A DNA stretch of 54,440 nt, from contig JAEZPN010000017.1 in assembly GCA_023413645.1 (NCBI GenBank), forward strand, positions 1 to 54,440. Direction: 5' to 3'. The notes under the pieces are model-generated. The model saw nothing but the letters and a program-made list of their open reading frames with translations, searched no databases and was not told the origin of the DNA. Shown piece by piece: positions 30,404 through 38,647 of the stretch. The stretch comes from Bacteroidota bacterium (GTDB lineage: Bacteria; Bacteroidota; Bacteroidia; Bacteroidales; Rikenellaceae). The stretch's first letter is position 1, and the number at the start of each line of letters is the position of its first letter. The position numbers and the translations under genes are program-made.

Positions 30404-32744
30404 ACTTGATTACTACGAGTGGCTGATCTGCCGCTACAGTATCACCCTCAGCTACCAACAAGCCGAGAACCTCACCTGCGTAGTCTGAAGAGATAGAGTT
30501 CTCCATCTTCATAGCCTCAAGAATCATAACCTCCTGACCTACGGTAACCTTATCGCCAGCCTTAACCTTAATCTCGATAACGCGACCTGGAAGTGGAGCA
30601 TTTACAGTGTTGCCATCAGCAGCTGTTACCTTGCGCTCTGCAACCTCTGCGCCATCGTCCTCCATAGAGTCTGCAACCTCGATAAGGATAGCGTCAGCAG
30701 CTACGGTGTCACCCTCAGCAACGAGAATCTGCTTAACGAAACCTGCGTAGTCAGTAGTGATAGAGTTCTCCATCTTCATAGCCTCGAGGATCATAACCTC
30801 GTCGCCAGCGTTAACCTTATCACCCACCTTAACCTTAAGCTCGATAACGCGACCAGGAAGTGGTGCGCATACGGTCTTACCAGTCACGGGGCGCTTAGCA
30901 CCTGCACCCGCACCAGCCTTAGCGCTCTCGATCTCGATGATAACGCCCTCAGCCTGTACGGTGTCACCCTCCTTAACGATGATCTGCTTAACGCGACCAG
31001 CGAAGTCAGATGTGATAGAGTTCTCCATCTTCATAGCCTCGAGGATAGCAACCTCCTGACCTACAGTAACCATATCGCCAACCTTAACCTTGAGCTCGAT
31101 AACACGGCCAGGAAGTGGTGCGAGGATAGTGTCACCAGTGATAGGCTGAAGCTCTACTGCCTCCTCCTTCTTCAATGATGGATCTGCAGCTACCTTCTCA
31201 GCGTATGCAGCCTCCTTGATGCCTGTGAGATATGCCTTAGCAACCAATGGGAACAACTCGAGCAAGAGCTCCTCCTTCTCGTTCTCTGCCAAGTGTACGC
31301 CACCTGCCTTCTCCAATACGGGGTTAGGCTGCTTCTGGTACTTAGATGTATCGTAAGGACGCTCCTCTCTAAAGCCACAAATCTTCTCGCGGAAATCCTC
31401 TGAAATCTTAACAGGAGTGCGGCCGTAGTCACCCTTCACGAGACCTACGAACTGAGCCGACTTATTTGTGTACATAGCACGACCTGCCTTCTCGTCCATA
31501 GCGCAGTTAACAGCCTGAGCACCCACGATCTGTGATGTAGGCGTTACGAGGGGTGGAAGACCCGCTGCAAGACGTACGGGAGGAATAAGCTCCATAGCGC
31601 GTGGGAGGATGTCCTCAGCGCCGAGCTGCTTGAGCTGTGCCACCATGTTAGAGTACATACCACCAGGAATCTCAGCATCCTGAACAAGCTTGTTAGGCGC
31701 GGGGAAGCCGAAGTATGCCTCGATAGCCTGTGATGCTACCAAAAGCTCATCCCAGTTCTCCTCCTCGGCTGCCTTCACGCAACGGTCGAGCAATGCGTCA
31801 ACCTCTGCGGGAACCTCGTCAGTGAGGGGGTTGAAGGGCTTTGGAAGGGGCTTCTCTGCACCGAATACAGAGAGCTCGAGCTCCTTGCGGATATCCTTCA
31901 ACTCAACGTTAATCTTAGCTACAGCCTCCATGTTTGCACCAAGCTCGATACCCAACTTCTTACAGAAGAGGTAAACAAGCTCAACTGCGGGAGCACCTGT
32001 GCCACCACCAAACCACCAGCAGTTAGTGTCGACGATGTCAACACCTGCTACGATAGCTGCATATACTGAACCGAGGCCATAACCAGGAGTACAGTGTGTG
32101 TGGAAGTCAACAGTTACGCCGAGCTCCTTCTTCAAGAGCTTAATGAGGCCTGCAACACGTGCGGGAGGAATAAGACCTGACATATCCTTAATAGTAATCA
32201 TGTCAGCGCCGAGCTCTGCCATCTGTCGCGCCTTATCCAAGAAATACTCATCAGTAAATACTTTGTCGTGCTCCTCGCCGTCAGAGTACTTAGGATCTAC
32301 AGTGTAGCAGACTGCGCAGTCAGCGATACCGCCATACTGCTTGATATACTTGATTGTTGACTTAACGTTGTCAACATCGTTCAAAGCGTCGAAGATACGC
32401 ATGATGCCCAAGCCGCTCTCGATAGCGTTGCGAGAGAAGCCGTCGATAATCTCGTCGGTGTAGGGAGCATAGCCGAAGAGGTTACGACCACGAGAGAGAG
32501 CTGTGAGCTTCGATACATCGCCCACTGCCTTCTTGATGGTCTCGAGACGAGTCCAAGGGTTCTCATTAAGGTAGCGCATTACAGAGTCGGGCACTGCACC
32601 GCCCCAAACCTCCATAGCGTAGAAACCTGCATCCTTGTAGTAAGGAAGACAGCGGTCTACCTGCTGCTGAGTCATACGTGTTGCGAAAGATGACTGCTGA
32701 CCATCACGCAAAGTAAGATCGCGAATTTTAAGGATCTTTGTCAT
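30402..32744 (-). CDS. Oxaloacetate decarboxylase alpha / pyruvate carboxylase subunit B-type carboxyltransferase with three C-terminal biotinyl domains
   Basis: RDGQQS, EVWGGA, RIFDALND, IKDMSG, HTH, PGGMYSN, PPLVTPTSQ motifs, then 3x APLPGRV...EAMKMEN. Start set to ATG 32744; TAAATTTG promoter on minus at 32810-32817. Confidence 0.9.
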   Translation of the reverse strand: MTKILKIRDLTLRDGQQSSFATRMTQQQVDRCLPYYKDAGFYAMEVWGGAVPDSVMRYLNENPWTRLETIKKAVGDVSKLTALSRGRNLFGYAPYTDEIIDGFSRNAIESGLGIMRIFDALNDVDNVKSTIKYIKQYGGIADCAVCYTVDPKYSDGEEHDKVFTDEYFLDKARQMAELGADMITIKDMSGLIPPARVAGLIKLLKKELGVTVDFHTHCTPGYGLGSVYAAIVAGVDIVDTNCWWFGGGTGAPAVELVYLFCKKLGIELGANMEAVAKINVELKDIRKELELSVFGAEKPLPKPFNPLTDEVPAEVDALLDRCVKAAEEENWDELLVASQAIEAYFGFPAPNKLVQDAEIPGGMYSNMVAQLKQLGAEDILPRAMELIPPVRLAAGLPPLVTPTSQIVGAQAVNCAMDEKAGRAMYTNKSAQFVGLVKGDYGRTPVKISEDFREKICGFREERPYDTSKYQKQPNPVLEKAGGVHLAENEKEELLLELFPLVAKAYLTGIKEAAYAEKVAADPSLKKEEAVELQPITGDTILAPLPGRVIELKVKVGDMVTVGQEVAILEAMKMENSITSDFAGRVKQIIVKEGDTVQAEGVIIEIESAKAGAGAGAKRPVTGKTVCAPLPGRVIELKVKVGDKVNAGDEVMILEAMKMENSITTDYAGFVKQILVAEGDTVAADAILIEVADSMEDDGAEVAERKVTAADGNTVNAPLPGRVIEIKVKAGDKVTVGQEVMILEAMKMENSISSDYAGEVLGLLVAEGDTVAADQPLVVIK

Positions 32745-32869
32745 AGTAGTTAAATTAGGTTTATTGTTAGTTTTAAGTTGTTCCAAAAGTTGTTCTATTA
32801 TTCGAATAACAAATTTAAGCAATATTTTCCCGAAAAACAAATATTTTTCTAAAAAAGTACTGCATAAAT

Positions 32870-32905
32870 AAAAAAACTACCCAGGGATGACACACTCCTG
32901 GGTAG
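32870..32905 (-). terminator. Intrinsic terminator after ispD
   Basis: CTACCCAGG/CCTGGGTAG stem with an A-run on plus (U-tail on minus). Confidence 0.65.
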
Positions 32906-32932
32906 CATATTCTGAATGCCGCAGAGAACAAT

Positions 32933-33607
32933 TTACGACAATAAACCTAAGAAACTCTCGGCTAAAGTTATATCTTCGGGCGTTGTAATCTTGATGTTTG
33001 TGCGCTCGCCATCGACCAATGTTATGTGACAGCCAGAGGCCTCAACCACCGAGGCATCGTCTGTAAACAGAGGGCTAAACTCCACGTTATACGCATCGCG
33101 AAGTAGTTGAGCCTTAAATATTTGCGGCGTCTGCACAATACGCAACTCCGAGCGGGGCACGATATAGGAGTTATCCCCCTCAACGCGGCGGTATGAGTCA
33201 ACGACATCCACTACGGGAATCACTGCATCGTGTTGCTCGGCAGCGAGCATAGCGCGGATTATAAGGCGCTTCGTGGCCAGCGCCCTAACGCCATCGTGCA
33301 CAGCGATATACTCCACCTCCGAACTAAGTGCGTTTATGCCGTTAAGCACCGAGTGGAAGCGCTCCTTACCTCCCGCGACGATGCGGTGTGGTGCGACATC
33401 GAAGCGCGCACGAAGGTTTTCCCAGAGGGGGATATGCGCCTCGGGCAACACCACGACAATCTCAGCACCAGGGAGTGCCTCACTAAATGTGTTTATGGTG
33501 CGTGCCACGATGGGCTCGCCACCAAGCATAAGGAACTGCTTGGGTATAGCCGACTGCATACGACTACCCGAGCCTCCTGCAACGATTACTACTCCTCGCT
33601 TTGCCAT
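32933..33607 (-). CDS. ispD: 2-C-methyl-D-erythritol 4-phosphate cytidylyltransferase
   Basis: VAGGSGSRM...PKQFL, GG.ER..SV, VHDGVR, VQTPQ, TDDASV, NIKITTPED motifs. Confidence 0.95.
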   Translation of the reverse strand: MAKRGVVIVAGGSGSRMQSAIPKQFLMLGGEPIVARTINTFSEALPGAEIVVVLPEAHIPLWENLRARFDVAPHRIVAGGKERFHSVLNGINALSSEVEYIAVHDGVRALATKRLIIRAMLAAEQHDAVIPVVDVVDSYRRVEGDNSYIVPRSELRIVQTPQIFKAQLLRDAYNVEFSPLFTDDASVVEASGCHITLVDGERTNIKITTPEDITLAESFLGLLS

Positions 33608-34002
33608 AGTAGTTTCTTTCCAAATCCGAGTGTATTATCCGTGAGCTTCATCAGCGTTGGGGCCACCATCCATATCTCGAGGTTAGCCGCCGCAGCATAA
33701 GGGAAGCGCTTGATATAGCACTTGCGCGCAGCATCGTCGCCACGCTCTGCCTTGCCCGTAACCTGAAGGCCCTGCACACGGCCCACGATGCGTGTCTCAA
33801 GGACTATAGATAGCGCCACGTTGTCATTTGCCGCCATCTCTGCGCCATGGCGCGTAGTGAGGTCGGAGGTAAAGACAAAGAGGTTGCGCTTCGCGTCGTA
33901 GGCGTAGAAGCAGTTTGCAACATAAGGCATACCCTCGCCATTTACCGTAGCGAGGGTAAGCACATGATGCTTCTTTATAAACTTTATAAATCGCTCATCC
34001 AT
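33589..34002 (-). CDS. Pyridoxamine 5'-phosphate oxidase-like protein (YhbP/UPF0306-like)
   Basis: HHVLTLAT, ANCFYA, T.HG, VQGLQ.TG, Y.KRFP, KLTDNTLGFGKK pattern. Confidence 0.8.
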   Translation of the reverse strand: MDERFIKFIKKHHVLTLATVNGEGMPYVANCFYAYDAKRNLFVFTSDLTTRHGAEMAANDNVALSIVLETRIVGRVQGLQVTGKAERGDDAARKCYIKRFPYAAAANLEIWMVAPTLMKLTDNTLGFGKKLLWQSEE

Positions 34003-34013
34003 AGCTGGATATA

Positions 34014-35306
34014 TTACTTACCGTTAGGGAAGATGTCCTCCTCGGTGATTACGCCACCCTCGGGAGTCTTACCCTCGAGCTCCGCAACTACCCTATCGCG
34101 TACTGCCTCGAAGCGCGCCTTGTGTGCATCAGCAATAGGCTCTGCGGGCTCCTGTGGCACCTTCAATGGGTCGATGGGCGTGCCATTCTTCCAGATGCGG
34201 TAGTCGAGGTGAGGACCTGTCGATGTACCCGTAGAACCTACATAACCGATAAGCTGACCCTGCGACACCTTCGTACCTACCTTAATGCCCTTAGCGAAGC
34301 TCTTAAGGTGGAGATAACCTGTCTGGAGATTTCCTGCATGCTTGATTTTTAGTGTGTTACCACCACCGCCGCCCCAGCCTGCGAAGATGACTGTGCCATC
34401 AGCAACAGAGTGTACGGGAGTACCTGATGGTGCGGCGTAGTCTACACCGTGGTGTGGGCGATATACCTTGTGCACGGGGTGGAGACGTGCGTTCGAGAAC
34501 TTCGAGCTGATGCGTGTATACTTCAATGGCGCCTTGAGGAGCTGCTTGCGCAACGACTCGCCGTTATACTCCCAGTAGCGGAGGTTATCCTCCTCCTGAG
34601 CATATGGGATAGCGTAGTACTCCTTACCGCCGTGTGTAAACTTAGCACCCCACACGCGGCCGATACCTACGGATGCGCCATTTACAAACTTCTCGTCGTA
34701 GATAACGGCAAATGAGTCACCCTCCTGTATACCGAAGAAATCGACAGTCCACTGGTAGATATCCTCAACCTCTGCGGCCAAAGCGTAGGGCATGTCCTGC
34801 TCCATGATAGCACCCCAGAGTGACGAGGTGATTACAGCCTCGCGGTTCTGGCGCACGATGTCTACGGGGTGCTCACCCTTAACCACCGATACCGAGTCCT
34901 TGTGAAAGCCAAATACTACGTATTCGATGAGGTCTACCTGATATACGAGATAGTCCAACACCTCGCGCTCACCGAGCGAGTCACTCACTGTGCGTGTGAA
35001 GGTTGTATATGCCTTGTCGGCACGTATCTTGCGCAATGGAAATACCTCTGCCGAAGCCTTGTCGAGACGGTCTACCATGACTGCTGAGACGCCTCTACGA
35101 CCCAAGATGCCACCTACTGTCTCGCCCGAACGTACGGTATCGTTGGCGATGGTGTAACCCTCTATATCTATGCCATAAAGGTACTCTGGTTCTTTGTTTG
35201 CTGTGCCATTATCGGCATTTTTGCCCTTTGTGTCGGTTGAGCCTCCGCCACACGCTACCATACCTAAGAGTAGAAGCAGTGTGGAAAAACGAGCTATAAG
35301 TTTCAT
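34014..35306 (-). CDS. M23-family peptidoglycan DD-endopeptidase (MepM-like lipoprotein)
   Basis: Lipobox (MVAC); HHGVDYAAP (HxxxD), YLHL, GYVGSTG.STGPHLDY (HxH-type) motifs. Confidence 0.9.
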   Translation of the reverse strand: MKLIARFSTLLLLLGMVACGGGSTDTKGKNADNGTANKEPEYLYGIDIEGYTIANDTVRSGETVGGILGRRGVSAVMVDRLDKASAEVFPLRKIRADKAYTTFTRTVSDSLGEREVLDYLVYQVDLIEYVVFGFHKDSVSVVKGEHPVDIVRQNREAVITSSLWGAIMEQDMPYALAAEVEDIYQWTVDFFGIQEGDSFAVIYDEKFVNGASVGIGRVWGAKFTHGGKEYYAIPYAQEEDNLRYWEYNGESLRKQLLKAPLKYTRISSKFSNARLHPVHKVYRPHHGVDYAAPSGTPVHSVADGTVIFAGWGGGGGNTLKIKHAGNLQTGYLHLKSFAKGIKVGTKVSQGQLIGYVGSTGTSTGPHLDYRIWKNGTPIDPLKVPQEPAEPIADAHKARFEAVRDRVVAELEGKTPEGGVITEEDIFPNGK

Positions 35307-35463
35307 ATTCGGCAAAGGTAGTAATATTTTTGGTTTATTTACGCTTTTGTACGTACTATTATAGTCTGCAAACGCTAAAAACAGCTATTTATTTGGTCGT
35401 TACGAAAATAAACCTTACCTTTGACCGATAGTGCACATAGGGTACTGCAACATTTCGTAACAA

Positions 35464-36558
35464 ATGAAGATTATTAGACGCATAATATCGTGGATATATA
35501 CACTGGTGGTGATCATCCGTCACCGCCTCTACGACTGGGGCGTATTGAAGAGTTACTCCTTCGATATACCCATCGTGTGCGTCGGTAACATCACCGTTGG
35601 TGGCACGGGCAAAACCCCCACAGCAGAGTACATACTCTCGTCACTTTCGGGTCACTACACCATGGCCATCCTCTCGCGTGGCTATGGCCGCACTACGAAG
35701 GGCTACCGCGAGGTTATGGCAGATGACATCTATAGCGACGTGGGCGACGAACCACTGCAGATGAAGTTAAAGTTTCCCGAGACCGTGGTCGTGGTATCGG
35801 AGGATAGAGTCGCTGGCATCGAGCGCATACGTAAGGAGCACCCCGAGGTGAACCTTATAATCATGGACGACGGTTTCCAGCACCGTAGAGTACGCCCCAA
35901 GGTCAACATCCTCATCGTGGACTCTACACGCCCCTACGACAACGACCATATGCTACCTTTGGGTCGCCTCCGCGACGTGCCCTCACGCCTTAAGGAGGGT
36001 CACATATTCATCGTCTCGAAGTGTAGCGACACTATGAGCCCTATTGACAAACGTATATGGTACAATAAGTTACGCGACCAGGCATACCAAAATGTCTTCT
36101 TCACGAATATCGAGACACTCAACATCGAGCCCATCTACGATTTCGACAACCGCGAGGAGCCATACTACGCACAGCAGGCTATACTTGTGTCGGGTATTGG
36201 CAACCCACGCCCCTTCATTCGCGAGGCCGAGACACGCTTTACGGTTGTAGATAAGGTTATCTTCCCCGACCACCACAGGTTCACAGCTGATGACCTCAGG
36301 CAGATATATGAGGTATTTAATAAGCACCCCCGTGCCATCATCCTTACTACGGAGAAGGATGCCGTAAGGTTGCGTCGTGCACGCATGCCCGAGAAGATGA
36401 TGCGCGCTATGTACTACCAGCCTATCGCCATGCGCCTTATCGACGGTCCCGATCGCGACAACTTCGTTGAGAGCCTTATTGCTAACATCAAGTTCAAGGA
36501 GCGTAATGCCGAGGGTAAGGGTAGCAAGAAAAAGAGTGTTGTGGATGATTTTGATTAA
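35464..36558 (+). CDS. lpxK: Tetraacyldisaccharide 4'-kinase
   Basis: VGNITVGGTGKTP, SRGYG, GDEP, DDGFQH, LPLGRLRD, FPDHH, TTEKDAV motifs; TACCTTTG promoter at 35416-35423. Confidence 0.95.
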   Translation: MKIIRRIISWIYTLVVIIRHRLYDWGVLKSYSFDIPIVCVGNITVGGTGKTPTAEYILSSLSGHYTMAILSRGYGRTTKGYREVMADDIYSDVGDEPLQMKLKFPETVVVVSEDRVAGIERIRKEHPEVNLIIMDDGFQHRRVRPKVNILIVDSTRPYDNDHMLPLGRLRDVPSRLKEGHIFIVSKCSDTMSPIDKRIWYNKLRDQAYQNVFFTNIETLNIEPIYDFDNREEPYYAQQAILVSGIGNPRPFIREAETRFTVVDKVIFPDHHRFTADDLRQIYEVFNKHPRAIILTTEKDAVRLRRARMPEKMMRAMYYQPIAMRLIDGPDRDNFVESLIANIKFKERNAEGKGSKKKSVVDDFD

Positions 36559-36579
36559 TAGATATAAAGAGATAAAGTT

Positions 36580-37089
36580 ATGATAAACAAAGTAATACTT
36601 GTAGGAAACGTGGGCATGGAGCCCGAGGTGCGTAGCCTTGAGACAGGCGTTAAGGTAGCACGCATTCGCCTCGCTACGAGCGAGCGCATCTTCAACCGCC
36701 AAACTAACGAGAGCACAGAGCATACCGAGTGGCATACCGTAACCTTGTGGCGTAGCCTCGCCGAGGTTGTAGATAAGTATGTGCATAAGGGTTCACAGCT
36801 CTATATCGAGGGTCGCCTTCGCAGCCGTGAGTGGGAGCAGGATGGTCAGAAGCGCTATGCTACAGAGATCGTTGCTGATGAGATGAAGCTCCTCGGCCGC
36901 CGTCAGGATAATGCACCCCAGCAGAGCGGTTATCAGGGTGGCTACCAGCAGCCTCAGTATCAGCAACCCGCACAGCCTCAGTACCAGCAACCCGCGCAGC
37001 CTCAGTATCAGCAGCCACAGTACCAACCTACCCCACAGCCTGTAGCGCCCGCTGTGCCTGCGGAGGATCCCGATGATTTGCCATTCTAA
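36580..37089 (+). CDS. ssb: Single-stranded DNA-binding protein
   Basis: INKVILVGN, TEWH, KGSQLYIEGRL, Q/P-rich linker, C-terminal DDLPF. Confidence 0.96.
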   Translation: MINKVILVGNVGMEPEVRSLETGVKVARIRLATSERIFNRQTNESTEHTEWHTVTLWRSLAEVVDKYVHKGSQLYIEGRLRSREWEQDGQKRYATEIVADEMKLLGRRQDNAPQQSGYQGGYQQPQYQQPAQPQYQQPAQPQYQQPQYQPTPQPVAPAVPAEDPDDLPF

Positions 37090-37108
37090 GCAAACGGCGA
37101 TAAAATAG

Positions 37109-37140
37109 AATAGAGATAACTTGAGTTATCTCTATTTTTT
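37109..37140 (+). terminator. Intrinsic terminator after ssb
   Basis: AATAGAGATAAC-TTGA-GTTATCTCTATT hairpin with a T-run. Confidence 0.75.
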
Positions 37141-37180
37141 GTGGGTGTGAGGGCGTTATCGCGAGCAAGCAACGAGACCC

Positions 37181-37308
37181 AACTTCTTGTCAGAAGGGGT
37201 CAGATACTACGCTCGGCAATAAAAAACCCCGAATGGGTAGTACTTAGCGTACGTCACATTCGGGGTTTTGATTGAAGCGCTGCAGATGCACCGCTAACAC
37301 AAGAAATT
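37181..37308 (+). repeat. 128 bp long-hairpin element, copy D
   Basis: AACTTCTTGT...ACAAGAAATT; inner stem AAAACCCCGAATG/CATTCGGGGTTTT; overlaps the stop (37307-37309) of the adjacent minus-strand gene. Confidence 0.86.
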
Positions 37309-37954
37309 ACTTAGTGTAGTGCATAGATATATAGATTCCTGGGAAACTCTGCACCACGCCATTTATCATCTCGAAGGTCTGAGCATCATTCACTGATTGC
37401 TCGGGGAGAATGGTCTGGAGAGCCTTTATAGCACCCTCAGCCTCGAACATCACGACAAGTTTGCCGTTAACCTTCTTAAGGAAACCACCGCACTTTATGC
37501 TCTTTCCATCGGATGCTGTTGCAGTGAGCTCGAAGCGCGCCTTTGTGCTATCGTAGGTGTAACTACCCGCGAGGGTATAATCCTCGTAGGTGAGGGTGCC
37601 ATTGCCACTCTTTAGGAGGGTGATGGTGAAGCATCCAGGCGTTACTCCCGACTTGCGGAGTTCCTCACGTGCCACACCCTGCACCTGGCCTATTGCGGCC
37701 TCAGCAAAGGCGTTGGTGCCGATATACTCAAGCTCCAAGTCGCTATACTTCCATGTGCCAAGAATCTCGCTCTTGGTGGGGGCGTTCTCTGCCAGCGCCT
37801 TGAGTGGAGATGTAGAGGTTGTGGTCTGCTTAGAGGATGATGAGCCACCAAAGAGGCCACCAATCTTCGAGAGGTCGAACTGCGCACTTGCACTCTCGGG
37901 CATAGCAACCATGCCCGCAATGAGTAGTGTAATAGTAAATAGTACTCTCTTCAT
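37307..37954 (-). CDS. Exported lipocalin-like protein (DUF4923-like)
   Basis: Signal peptide; ILGTWKYS, G.TPG, GSYTYD motifs; paralogue of the upstream gene. Confidence 0.7.
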   Translation of the reverse strand: MKRVLFTITLLIAGMVAMPESASAQFDLSKIGGLFGGSSSSKQTTTSTSPLKALAENAPTKSEILGTWKYSDLELEYIGTNAFAEAAIGQVQGVAREELRKSGVTPGCFTITLLKSGNGTLTYEDYTLAGSYTYDSTKARFELTATASDGKSIKCGGFLKKVNGKLVVMFEAEGAIKALQTILPEQSVNDAQTFEMINGVVQSFPGIYISMHYTK

Positions 37955-37956
37955 GG

Positions 37957-38568
37957 TTACTTGCGACTATATGAGAATCCCAACAATACGTTATCGTAGT
38001 TATTTAGGAAGCTTATCACGCCATCAAGCACAGATACCTTTGAGAGTGCAGCGAGGAAGGTTTTGAGTTTCGAGCAATCGTAGACAACCTCGAGGTTATC
38101 GCCATCGATGTAGGCATAGCCACTTAGCGATGTAAGTTTGATAAGCTTAGTGTCGAAGTTAAAGACAATGGCATGAGTATCAGCGTTGTAGGTGTAGTTA
38201 CCCGTGAGGGTACGCTTGCCGATTACCATGGTGAAGGTGTCGTCGTTGTTGAGCGTAAGCGAGTGGTTACCAGGCTTTATGCCCACGACATTGTATGCCG
38301 ATGACAACCTCTTGGATACGTTGTCCTCCACGGCTTCACCCGCAAGTGATGCCAACTGATTCTCGCTCTCAAAGCGCATACCAGGCTCGGTGTAGTCCCA
38401 CGTTGCTGCTAACAGATACTCCGTAACCTTACCCTCGGTCTTCTCGTCGATGAACTCGGTCACAGCGCCCTTGAGCATGTCACCCAAGTTCTGCGCAGAT
38501 GCCACACCTGTAAATGCCACAATGGCAATAAAAAGAAATGCTACTCTCTTCATAAGTTTGTGCTTCAT
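37957..38568 (-). CDS. Exported lipocalin-like protein (DUF4923-like)
   Basis: Signal peptide; TWDYTEPG..FESEN.LA...G, GIKPG, GNYTYN, NYD...LGF pattern. Confidence 0.75.
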   Translation of the reverse strand: MKHKLMKRVAFLFIAIVAFTGVASAQNLGDMLKGAVTEFIDEKTEGKVTEYLLAATWDYTEPGMRFESENQLASLAGEAVEDNVSKRLSSAYNVVGIKPGNHSLTLNNDDTFTMVIGKRTLTGNYTYNADTHAIVFNFDTKLIKLTSLSGYAYIDGDNLEVVYDCSKLKTFLAALSKVSVLDGVISFLNNYDNVLLGFSYSRK

Positions 38569-38647
38569 TATTTAATACGGAGGCCTCGGATGCCACTCCG
38601 ACACCCGAAGCCCTCATACTGTAAACGTACCTATTTATATAATATTG

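Noticed and set aside
30402..30405. TTAC next to copies C, D and B1 as an IS608-type target
   Set aside because: IS608 inserts 3' of TTAC on the active strand; here TTAC lies 3' of the element on the inferred folding strand and is absent at other copies, so a direct IS608 assignment is unsupported.
36943..37029. 24 bp coding repeats (QQPAQPQY) in ssb
   Set aside because: Ordinary low-complexity disordered SSB linker.
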